From IMG/VR virus record IMGVR_UViG_3300045988_152178: DNA of 64,000 bases, one strand, 5' to 3'. This document shows positions 54,453 through 63,005 of this stretch, piece after piece. The DNA comes from a virus. The position numbers and the translations under genes were made by a program. Under the pieces are notes generated by a model. The model was not told where the DNA came from. It did no database searches and saw nothing but the letters and a program-made list of their open reading frames with translations. How positions within the stretch are numbered: the first letter of the stretch is position 1; each line of letters begins with the position of its first letter.

Positions 54453-56588
54453 ATGGCAACAGAAGCAAAAAGTACGAACTATTGGATTTCGAGCACCGCA
54501 CTCTATATCCAGCTCAATGCGATGGGAGAGCCTGACTACATCCAGTGTAGTGTAGTATCGGGTGCCTCTGTCCTCTGCTATATGAGCAATGTGCCCGGCT
54601 TGGGCTATGATGCCGGCCACAACTATCAGCGCTGGACGCTTGCTGCCTACCCTTCTATCTTTCCTGATAGCGAACGGAAATATGTGTATATCGCTATTCC
54701 TCGACAGCCTACCATGGATAACAACCAGGCTACCGTCGTGTTTCCTGGTGAGAAGATAGATATTTATGGTAAGACTATTCCATCTTCCGGAACTGAAGGT
54801 GTGCAGATAGGCAACGAGGCCTACTATTATATCTTTACAGGCGGTATCATATCTGCCGTAAAGACCGATGCCGACAATACCAGAAAGCGAGAATGGGAAC
54901 AGCATTTTGACTGCGGTAAACTGGCTACCGACGAGGCGATAGCCAGCGGCGGTGAAGGCGCATGGTGGCGGTATAATTCCGTATCAGATACCATCACCTT
55001 TCTCAAGGAAATTCTGAAGGCAACCTTTAATGAATTATCGGCGAAGGTGGCACATATTACCAGTCTTTTCTTAGGTGGGCATGAACTGAAGGGCGTTGCT
55101 GACAGTAACGACACCCTGGAAACAAGCAATGATACCGTAGTTACCCCTCAGTATCTCGGTCAGTTTGGCGTAAAGCATTTCCTTGCCAAGGATAAGGATG
55201 ATGTGGCTGCAGGCTTAATCACCTTTCTGAAAGGCTTGCGTTTAGGCAAATCGACTAAATACTACATAGATGGAAACGGAAACGCTATCCTGTCTGATGT
55301 GAATGTGAAGCTTTTGAAGTCGTTCGATTTCAGGGAATCAGAGCAAACGGGCTTTGCAATCAAGCAAAGAAGTGATGGCAAGTATCAGATGTTGCTCACA
55401 GACTTCATTGTATGGGGAAAAGCTGTCTTTAATGAGCTGGAGACAAGGAAGGTTTCTTACGCTGGAGGTAATATTAACCTCTCCGGTGCTGGCAGTAAAC
55501 TAGTAAAGGTTGTACCAGTTGTCTATAATAGAGAGGTTGATGAATACATCACATCTACAGACGAAGAGTGCGATGGTTGGAAATGTTACTTCCTCGCAGA
55601 CGATGGCACAACGGCTACACAGAACTGGTGGATGGTCGGCGACCAGGCAAGATGTCAGACCTTTAACATTAAGCCTGGAGTTTACGACAACGTATCTAAC
55701 AAGGAATACTGGAGGTGTGTTGTCGCGATTTCTTCCGAGAGCGAGTATATTGTAGATAATAATGGAGAAAGCCTTTATGGCGACAAGAAATTCGACTGGG
55801 TTATTCTTTCTAGGACTAATTGCTTAGTGAATAGCGATATTCCAGCTTCGGGGGATGCTATTGTCCTCGATGGTCATCAGGTAAAAACGGGAGAAGAGAG
55901 CAGTATCAGCAGGACTAATGTTCTCATGCTTGAATCAGCCGGTGCAGACACCCCTCGCATCGTTGGATATAAAGGCATTACTGACTTTACTCACAAAGAC
56001 AAGGAGGTATTCATTATTTCACCAAGCAATGTGACAATATCATCATCCGTGTTCAAATTCAAGAGTGCGAGCGGACAAGATATTACTATCATTAATGACA
56101 GAGGTGCTTATGATGCGGCGACCGACTATTATTATTATGACAGGGTAAGCTACGATAATGCCTATTGGACTTTTATCTATAACGGAGATAAGCAGCCTGT
56201 TAAGGGTATTACTCCTACAGAGAAAGCGGTTAATGGTACTGTATATTGGCGAAAGGATCTGTCTGGTGGTATCAAAGGCGACGACGGTGTGGCTTATCAG
56301 GTGATGATAACGAGCGATACTGGCACGGTGATGATTAACGGCTCGGGGAAAATGACGCTCAACGCTACGCTGCTGCGCAATGGCGAAGACATAAGTGACA
56401 CTATCAGCAACAGTTCGTGGTCATGGTGGCGACAGTCGGCTGACGCTGAAGACGATGCTGTATGGAACACGCTGCATGAGGGCGTGGGGCGCTCGTGTCT
56501 TATCACACGTGACGACGTGAGCAGACAGGCACAATTCGGATGTCGTGTGTATATATCAGAAGTGAAGACTATAGATAGCAACATATAA
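54453..56588 (+). CDS. tail fibre / receptor-binding protein 1 with C-terminal Ig-like domain
   Basis: 711 aa; beta-rich; last ~100 aa (AYQVMITSDTG...FGCRVYI) look like an Ig-type domain and change composition. Confidence 0.55.
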   Translation: MATEAKSTNYWISSTALYIQLNAMGEPDYIQCSVVSGASVLCYMSNVPGLGYDAGHNYQRWTLAAYPSIFPDSERKYVYIAIPRQPTMDNNQATVVFPGEKIDIYGKTIPSSGTEGVQIGNEAYYYIFTGGIISAVKTDADNTRKREWEQHFDCGKLATDEAIASGGEGAWWRYNSVSDTITFLKEILKATFNELSAKVAHITSLFLGGHELKGVADSNDTLETSNDTVVTPQYLGQFGVKHFLAKDKDDVAAGLITFLKGLRLGKSTKYYIDGNGNAILSDVNVKLLKSFDFRESEQTGFAIKQRSDGKYQMLLTDFIVWGKAVFNELETRKVSYAGGNINLSGAGSKLVKVVPVVYNREVDEYITSTDEECDGWKCYFLADDGTTATQNWWMVGDQARCQTFNIKPGVYDNVSNKEYWRCVVAISSESEYIVDNNGESLYGDKKFDWVILSRTNCLVNSDIPASGDAIVLDGHQVKTGEESSISRTNVLMLESAGADTPRIVGYKGITDFTHKDKEVFIISPSNVTISSSVFKFKSASGQDITIINDRGAYDAATDYYYYDRVSYDNAYWTFIYNGDKQPVKGITPTEKAVNGTVYWRKDLSGGIKGDDGVAYQVMITSDTGTVMINGSGKMTLNATLLRNGEDISDTISNSSWSWWRQSADAEDDAVWNTLHEGVGRSCLITRDDVSRQAQFGCRVYISEVKTIDSNI

Positions 56589-56614
56589 CAATATAAAAAC
56601 AACAAATAACGATT

Positions 56615-57658
56615 ATGGCAAAAGTATTGGCTAATGGTCAGATTACTATCGTTGACCTCAATGACGGCAAGGCCGTGCAGTGTTTCACACAATGCTCTAA
56701 GGGCGAGACTCAGATTTACACCCCCGACACGGGTGTGTACACTCCGAACTACTCGTCGAGTGAGCCAAACGTGATAACAGCCCGCGTATATGTGACGGGC
56801 AGTGCTACAGACCAGGCTCCGACCGCAGCCTGCAGCGGATGGTTGTGGAAGGTAGATGGTGTGGTAGCTACGCCCGTGAGTGGCAAGTCGTATCAGTTGA
56901 ACCTCGCTAACAACATCGACAAGAACGGCAGCGTGAAGAACATTGAGTGGTCGTGTAAATACACCGACCCTGAGACTAAGGCTACGACTACGTGTATTGG
57001 CTACAAGACCATTTCGCTGGCGAAGAGCGGCGGTGCGCTCCAGACGGTGCAGATAGAGACTCCCGACGGCAACACGTTCGACTCGACCAACAACAGCAAG
57101 ACGCTGCGTGCCGTGGCGAAGTTCTTCCGTGGCAACGTGCAGGACACTTCTCTGACTTCTATGACTTGGGAGGTGCTGAATATCAGTGCAGGAACCTGGA
57201 GCGCTGTGGCATCGGGCAACGTGAGCACTTCGGGCGGCGTGAGCACTCTGAATGTGAGTGCCAATGACGTGCTTAACTTCCAGACGTTCCGCTGTACGGT
57301 GAAGGACGGTACTGATTTTGCAAGTGCCATCATCACGTTCTTCGATGCGAGCGACCCGTATGTAGTGGAGGTGTACTCGCTGACGGGCGACAAGATCGTG
57401 AACGGTGCCCAGTCGACCGAGCTTTTCGCTCGTGTGTGGAAGGACGGCAAGGTGGTAGAGGATGGTGCTGCGGTAAAGGCTGACAGCAGCCATGCTTCAA
57501 GCTTCACGTACAAGTGGACAAAGTACAATGCGAGCGGTGTGGCTACCAACTGGAACGGTACGTCAAGTGCGGTAAACGCTTCGACCAAGCCTTACGTCAC
57601 GGTGGCTGCCACTGACGTGAGCGGCAGAGGTACATTTACTTGTGAGGTGTCAAAATAA
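56615..57658 (+). CDS. tail fibre-associated protein made of three Ig-like repeats
   Basis: 347 aa; N-terminal MAKVLANGQITIVDLNDGK; three ~100-aa units each ending in a F/Y-x-C-x-V type strand (WSCKY, FRCTV, FTCEV). Confidence 0.6.
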   Translation: MAKVLANGQITIVDLNDGKAVQCFTQCSKGETQIYTPDTGVYTPNYSSSEPNVITARVYVTGSATDQAPTAACSGWLWKVDGVVATPVSGKSYQLNLANNIDKNGSVKNIEWSCKYTDPETKATTTCIGYKTISLAKSGGALQTVQIETPDGNTFDSTNNSKTLRAVAKFFRGNVQDTSLTSMTWEVLNISAGTWSAVASGNVSTSGGVSTLNVSANDVLNFQTFRCTVKDGTDFASAIITFFDASDPYVVEVYSLTGDKIVNGAQSTELFARVWKDGKVVEDGAAVKADSSHASSFTYKWTKYNASGVATNWNGTSSAVNASTKPYVTVAATDVSGRGTFTCEVSK

Positions 57659-57704
57659 GGCACCTCACCCTTATTTTTTTCTGTAAACTAAAAGATGAAA
57701 GTGT

Positions 57705-60700
57705 ATGGCAACATTATTGGCGAGGGGTCAGATAACGATAGCGGCGATAAAGGACGGTAAGGATGGTGCAGACGGCAAGGATGCCGTTATCTACACCCTT
57801 GAGGCGTCCCCGAGCTATATCAGGCTTAATTCTGACGGAAGTATCGACTACACGAATGGATATATCGACAAGGGCGATGAATATGAGAGCGACAAATATC
57901 TTGTAGTTAGAGGCTATAAGGTGGTGAAAGGTGTGAGAGACAATCGCTTTTCAACGGAATCGAGTCCAGTTACCTTACGACTCACCATTAATGACGGAAG
58001 TGCGTATAGCGAATATACTCCATCTGACGGCGATTCTGTTTCCATCGACTTCGAGCCTAAGTGCGAGGATAGCTATTACAGCATGTTGCAAGAGATAAGT
58101 AATTCGGGGCTAAATTCGGTAAGAGTTGATATGTGCGAGGGAAGCGAATATAATACAAACAAAATTCTCGCTACCTGTGACATACCTATCATTCGGAACG
58201 GTAAGGATGGACAGAAGGGTGACCAAGGCGACAAGGGAGAAGATGGAGTTGACGGAACTGACGGTAAAGATGCAGTCTCAGTCCTTGTCGAGAACGCTCC
58301 GCTTGTCTTTGACACAAATGATGATGGAATCGTGTCTCCTGACATAGCAAAGATTGCGAAGGTAAAGATAATGAGGGGAAACAGGAATGTTTCAGACGAG
58401 TGCAGCGATGTGTATTCGAGGGATGATATGTGCGTAAATTGTAAATGTGGTGTTATGCAGGAGAATGGATACATCAGCGTATCTATATCAAGCAACAATA
58501 TCACAAAGAACGACGTGATTGTTGACGGCGTAAGCCAAGGTAAGGTTTCTGCAACATCAGGATATGCGGTTGCGCAGGCTACTTACGGTGGGGTTACTTA
58601 TTTTGCACAGGTTCCTTTCTCTGTTAACGTTGCTAAGTTTACTGGTGTCGTAGCATTCGACAATAATGGTTATAAGTCGCAGTTTAAAGAGGTGACAAAT
58701 AGACTTAATGATACTGCAACCAAGGATGATCTGAAAAAGGCTGAGTCGGATTTCAAACAAACGGCAAGAGAAATCTCCCTCACCGTGAGCGAGAAGGCGA
58801 TGGGCAGACGGAACATGCTGCCAGGAAGTGCGTTGAGGAGGAAAGTGGGCGAAGGAGTATGTTTTGAAGGAAATGGTTACGTATCGTTATCCGACAATTA
58901 TCTTGGCACTAACTCATACGTGGGCACGTCTAAAGCAAAAGAGACTTCTATTGGATTGCACTGGATAGGCGCTTCGGACTCTCAAAGTGTACGAGTTCAA
59001 AAAGGACACACATACACCCTATCATGTTGGATTAAGGCTGATTCTACATCCATTCCTTTTACGATGGAGGCGGTATGGCAAGCATCGGCATCTGACTACA
59101 CACGCCCTGCTGGATATGCTGGACCAGGAAATGATGGTAGTGGTTTTCAAATAAGAGAAAGCGTGAATAAGGTCAACATATGGCAGCTTATAACTACCAC
59201 GTTTACAATTCCTAGTGATGCAAGCTACGAGTATCTAGAGATATACCTTTTCTTCCGTTCTAACGACGATGGTATATATACTGTATCTATGAGCCGTCCG
59301 ATGATGGAAGAGGGCAACAAATACAGTGGAATTTGGTCGTTGTCCGAGAAGGATTTTGATTATATCGGGGGAAACTTGCTAGATAATACGGCGACATTTG
59401 CGAATGATGACAATGATAATGTGAATTTTGTCAATAAGGTAATCGAAAATGGCTACGAAGGAAAGTATAATGTCGCCTACGCAAAGAACGAGAAGAAAGA
59501 TACACACACAGAAATCGCAATGTGGGGAACACAGAGTGGAAATCTCTCGCTTACCTCTGGCACAGATTATGTTTTCTCGTTCCTTGCCAAGGGTACAGGT
59601 CGCATCACCTGTTATATGTTCAAAGACGGCACACCAATTATCTATACAGACAACAAAGAAACGAATGGTAGCTATATATCGAATGGTCATATAGATTTTG
59701 CTTTAGAGCCAACATGGAGGAAATTTTACGTACATTGGAGAGTTGCAGGCTCAAATCTCCCGACCGACGTTTTAATACGTGCAGCTGATATTACCGAGGC
59801 ATGGATAGCCCAACCTAAGCTTGAAGTCGGCTGCACCATGACCGACTGGACGGAGAAGCGAACCGACATGGTGGACAGGCAAGCCTTGCTCGCCACAGGC
59901 ATCGACATCACAAATGGCAAAATCACCATCACCGCCAACAACACCATCTTCCGCGACAACAATGGCACCACCATCGCCCTCTTCGCTAACGGAAAGATTA
60001 ACGCCTCACTCATTGACGCTGACCAAATCGAGGTGAAGCATCTTTGGGCGAAGAGTAATGACGGGGCGAACAAGGTGGGCTACTTTGGCAACACTGAGGA
60101 AGAGGCCTGCAAGATTGACGATACATACGCTCCGTTGTTCGTTGGAGCCGATACGGCGAAAAACTCTCCGTTCTATGTAACGAATAAAGGTCACATGGTG
60201 TCTAAAAGTGCTACGCTTGGAAGCTTTTCGCTTAACGAATCCAGTCTCCGATACCTCACAGGTTACGATGACGAAGAGCCGGGGTTTGCTCTTTACAACC
60301 AATACATGGTATTCCGTGAGTACAAAAGAACTTTTTCGCCCCAAACAAAAAAGTGGACATCGGAAAGGAACAGGCTAATCTGGGTGGGTCGTAACGATTG
60401 GGTTTACTCAGTGCCTTCATTGATGAGCAATATACTTGTGCAAGATTCTTTCCCTATGACTACTGGTGATACCGCCAAAATAGGATTGTGTATATCCGTA
60501 ACAGGATGCGATGACAAATATCAGTATGAGGACGTCAATTATAACGGAGCCATGGGCAGTAATGTGTATGGTAATTTTGCGATATATGCAGAGAATGGAA
60601 TGTATGCGGGATTCAGACCGATGACCAGAATGGCGAATTACAGTATGAAGTTAACGGAATTGGATTGCGTGATATATGTTTCTGTTACGGGCATCACGCT

Positions 60701-60914
60701 CACCCTCCCTGACAATCCTCAGAGAGGACAATGCTACAAGTTCATACAAGGTGCTGGAAGTTTTCATATCAAATCATCGAGCAAGAATATATATAGCATG
60801 CATGTTGGTCAAACGGACAATTTTCCGAGTGACTCATATAACCAGATAACGGAGATTATCTGGATAGGCGACCACTGGAGAATAAATTGGTTTAGGGAAT
60901 CCGTCGGTAAATAA
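57705..60914 (+). CDS. tail fibre protein with collagen-like Gly-X-Y repeats
   Basis: 1069 aa; N-terminal MATLLARGQITIAAIKDGKDGADGKDA; GKDGQKGDQGDKGEDGVDGTDGKDA at nt 58200-58272. Confidence 0.7.
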   Translation: MATLLARGQITIAAIKDGKDGADGKDAVIYTLEASPSYIRLNSDGSIDYTNGYIDKGDEYESDKYLVVRGYKVVKGVRDNRFSTESSPVTLRLTINDGSAYSEYTPSDGDSVSIDFEPKCEDSYYSMLQEISNSGLNSVRVDMCEGSEYNTNKILATCDIPIIRNGKDGQKGDQGDKGEDGVDGTDGKDAVSVLVENAPLVFDTNDDGIVSPDIAKIAKVKIMRGNRNVSDECSDVYSRDDMCVNCKCGVMQENGYISVSISSNNITKNDVIVDGVSQGKVSATSGYAVAQATYGGVTYFAQVPFSVNVAKFTGVVAFDNNGYKSQFKEVTNRLNDTATKDDLKKAESDFKQTAREISLTVSEKAMGRRNMLPGSALRRKVGEGVCFEGNGYVSLSDNYLGTNSYVGTSKAKETSIGLHWIGASDSQSVRVQKGHTYTLSCWIKADSTSIPFTMEAVWQASASDYTRPAGYAGPGNDGSGFQIRESVNKVNIWQLITTTFTIPSDASYEYLEIYLFFRSNDDGIYTVSMSRPMMEEGNKYSGIWSLSEKDFDYIGGNLLDNTATFANDDNDNVNFVNKVIENGYEGKYNVAYAKNEKKDTHTEIAMWGTQSGNLSLTSGTDYVFSFLAKGTGRITCYMFKDGTPIIYTDNKETNGSYISNGHIDFALEPTWRKFYVHWRVAGSNLPTDVLIRAADITEAWIAQPKLEVGCTMTDWTEKRTDMVDRQALLATGIDITNGKITITANNTIFRDNNGTTIALFANGKINASLIDADQIEVKHLWAKSNDGANKVGYFGNTEEEACKIDDTYAPLFVGADTAKNSPFYVTNKGHMVSKSATLGSFSLNESSLRYLTGYDDEEPGFALYNQYMVFREYKRTFSPQTKKWTSERNRLIWVGRNDWVYSVPSLMSNILVQDSFPMTTGDTAKIGLCISVTGCDDKYQYEDVNYNGAMGSNVYGNFAIYAENGMYAGFRPMTRMANYSMKLTELDCVIYVSVTGITLTLPDNPQRGQCYKFIQGAGSFHIKSSSKNIYSMHVGQTDNFPSDSYNQITEIIWIGDHWRINWFRESVGK

Positions 60915-60939
60915 CGTTTTTAAAAATATATAATAGATT

Positions 60940-61224
60940 ATGAAACTGCAATTAGACAACGTAATGGTGCGCCTCTCCTTGGATAGCGAGCAGCGCACGC
61001 AGATGGAACTGAGAAAGGAAATCGCCAACGCCATCTACAAGACTGGCAGAAGGGGCTTGGCGGACGTGGCACTCTCCACGAAGATGTGGAACGGCAGCAA
61101 TGATACCGACTACACCGATGAGGAGGTATCCGCCATCAAGGAGTTCGTGGAGAAGAACTTCATCCCTGCCGTCATCGTGGCGGTGAATGAAGTAATAGAA
61201 AAAGCCACGATACCCCAAAGTTGA
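60940..61224 (+). CDS. small protein downstream of fibre gene (possible fibre chaperone)
   Basis: 94 aa, ATG 25 nt after fibre stop. Confidence 0.5.
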   Translation: MKLQLDNVMVRLSLDSEQRTQMELRKEIANAIYKTGRRGLADVALSTKMWNGSNDTDYTDEEVSAIKEFVEKNFIPAVIVAVNEVIEKATIPQS

Positions 61225-61366
61225 AATATCTAGTAAGTAATTTGGTAGCCACCACTCAATGTAAGGGGGGTATAAAACTCCCCCATAGAGTAAAAGTAAA
61301 AAGAAAGCGATTATAATGCAATTCCAAAGCCATTATAACCGCTTTCTTTTATCCCTAGAGGGAACT

Positions 61367-61456
61367 AAAAACATATACGTTTCGTTTTGCAAAAATCAGA
61401 CAACAGAATTAATATATGGTAGTAATTGGAATGTAAATTGGTTTAGAGAATCATGA
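61367..61456 (+). pseudogene. relic of a second tail-fibre gene 3' end
   Basis: Reads KNIYVSFCKNQTTELIYGSNWNVNWFRES-stop, matching the fibre C-terminus KNIYSMHVGQ...ITEIIWIGDHWRINWFRES; 19-nt identity block TAAATTGGTTTAG(G/A)GAATC at 60883-60901 and 61434-61452. Confidence 0.5.
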
Positions 61457-61469
61457 AAGCAAAATAAAT

Positions 61470-61796
61470 ATGAAAAAGAATTTCAATGTACCTTTCAAGA
61501 ACTGGAAGGGTGAGGTGATAGTAACACCAGTAAAGAACGAGAATGGAGAGGAACCCTACAAGCCACAGATTATGGGCGATATTGTAGGCAAGGTACTCTT
61601 CGAGGTGATAGACAATCAGAGTATTCAGCTATCGGGCGAAGAAAAGCTGCGTGCTTATCGGGTAGCTTGCAAGATAGGAAAGGATGCCGATAACGTGGAC
61701 CTTGAAGCTGAGGACATTATCCTTATCAAGAAGATACTCTGCCCTGTCATGGCTGTAGGTGGTTATGGTCAGATAGTCGATTTGCTTGAAGGGTAA
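61470..61796 (+). CDS. small protein downstream of fibre relic
   Basis: 108 aa, ATG 13 nt after relic stop. Confidence 0.55.
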   Translation: MKKNFNVPFKNWKGEVIVTPVKNENGEEPYKPQIMGDIVGKVLFEVIDNQSIQLSGEEKLRAYRVACKIGKDADNVDLEAEDIILIKKILCPVMAVGGYGQIVDLLEG

Positions 61797-61802
61797 TCTC
61801 TT

Positions 61803-61824
61803 AAAGGTAAAAAGGTAAAAAAAG
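61803..61824 (+). repeat. A-rich GTAAAAA octamer motif cluster
   Basis: AAAGGTAAAAAGGTAAAAAAAG right after stop and right before a terminator hairpin. Confidence 0.6.
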
Positions 61825-61866
61825 CCCTGCTATCCATCGCGGACGGCAGGGCTGCATCGTTTTTTA
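61823..61866. terminator. bidirectional rho-independent terminator
   Basis: AGCCCTGC (61823-61830) pairs with GCAGGGCT (61846-61853); A-run upstream and TTTTTT downstream (61860-61865). Confidence 0.7.
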
Positions 61867-62052
61867 ATACTTTTTTAAAGATTATAACACCGCAACCCTT
61901 GCGAGGCAGCGGATTTTCGGGTGCAAAGATACGAAGAAAAAACGAGATACGTAGAGAAAATCGGAGAAAAATAGAGAAATCATCTGTAAATCTTCGGTCA
62001 TATCCGCAAGAATTGTCCAGTTTTTTCACAGTAAAGCACCCGTCCCGCCAGG

Positions 62053-62111
62053 CTCTTTTACCTTTTTACCTTTAAAAGTTCTTGTTACTCTTTTACCTTT
62101 AAAAGTCCTTT
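62053..62111 (-). repeat. A-rich GTAAAAA motif cluster in minus orientation
   Basis: Reverse complement reads AAAAGGACTTTTAAAGGTAAAAGAGTAACAAGAACTTTTAAAGGTAAAAAGGTAAAAGAG, directly after the stop of the minus-strand lipoprotein gene. Confidence 0.6.
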
Positions 62112-62118
62112 TCATCAG

Positions 62119-62964
62119 CTATTGGTATGCTTCATCTCTGTTCTTTCTCCATATAGATGAAAGATACCCGTTTTCGCAGCTATACAGTTTGATGAGCGAA
62201 CCGTAGAGGTTCATATAATAGAATGTAGCCACATGATCCTTTACCAGATAACCATTGATCGTAACCTTTCCGTTCCTGGTGGTATAGGTAGTAGTGAAAT
62301 CCTCATTACCCTCTATCACCATGCGCATGGTGCCGTCCTCATTAAACGTCATGGATCCCATACGCTGTTCCTTCTTTCCGTCCTTGGTAATGGTAATGAC
62401 GCAATACCAGGTACCCCTCAGCGCAGCGTCGTGGTCCGTCTCATCGGATATATCATTCAGCGAACTGCCGCATCTCATCTGGCATTCATTGCCGTTGGCG
62501 AAGGTACCCACAATCATTGGGCGCATATCGATGCTCACCGATACCCTGCTACCCGTAAGCTTGTTGCTCTCCTGCAGATGCACGCCCGAGATAGTCTCAT
62601 TCAGCAGATTGCCGATATTGAAGCCTTTCGGAGTGCCCACCTCGAAGTGGGTAGTAAGCTTGTCGCCCTCCATCTGCCAGTAACCGAAGGCAGTGTTAGG
62701 CTCGATAACATAACCGCCTGGAGTCAGATCGCCACCATCCTCATAATAAACCATGTGGTTCTTGTAATAAGAATAAGTACTGTTGGTGCTGTTGATGGTC
62801 CATTCGTTGCCGGTAAGATATTCTTTCACCTTTGCCGCATTCTTCTCGCTCTCATCCTCGCTGCTGCTGCAAGCCGTGAGCGCTGCCGTAATCATTCCCA
62901 TGGCCACCATTGTGAAGACGGCCATCATGGAATGTTTCATCATAGCTAAAAAGTTCTGTTTCAT
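62119..62964 (-). CDS. lipoprotein, probably surface exposed
   Basis: 281 aa; signal peptide with lipobox AALTAC followed by SSSEDESE (acidic post-Cys stretch as in the Bacteroidetes lipoprotein export signal). Confidence 0.75.
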   Translation of the reverse strand: MKQNFLAMMKHSMMAVFTMVAMGMITAALTACSSSEDESEKNAAKVKEYLTGNEWTINSTNSTYSYYKNHMVYYEDGGDLTPGGYVIEPNTAFGYWQMEGDKLTTHFEVGTPKGFNIGNLLNETISGVHLQESNKLTGSRVSVSIDMRPMIVGTFANGNECQMRCGSSLNDISDETDHDAALRGTWYCVITITKDGKKEQRMGSMTFNEDGTMRMVIEGNEDFTTTYTTRNGKVTINGYLVKDHVATFYYMNLYGSLIKLYSCENGYLSSIWRKNRDEAYQ

Positions 62965-63005
62965 TTTTCAATCCTGTTTAAATTGTTATACTTTTTTTTT
63001 AGTTA

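Noticed and set aside
56297-57493. 398-aa ORF on the minus strand
   Set aside because: It is antisense to two well-supported + strand fibre genes and has an Arg/His/Leu/Val-rich unnatural composition. It stays open only because this segment is GC-rich. Used as evidence for the compositional shift, not as a gene.
54453-60914. Diversity-generating retroelement acting on the fibre genes
   Set aside because: No reverse transcriptase motif (YxDD) was recognised in any ORF of the window, and I could not find a template/variable repeat pair by eye. This cannot be excluded if the RT lies outside the window.
61769-62029. 86-aa minus-strand ORF
   Set aside because: It spans the bidirectional terminator and overlaps the end of 61470..61796. 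No start context.
61821-62055. Invertible promoter switch between the 20-bp inverted repeats
   Set aside because: The IR is the end-of-gene A-rich motif present after two convergent genes. The only promoter-like box inside would read antisense into a gene in either orientation, and no recombinase is nearby.
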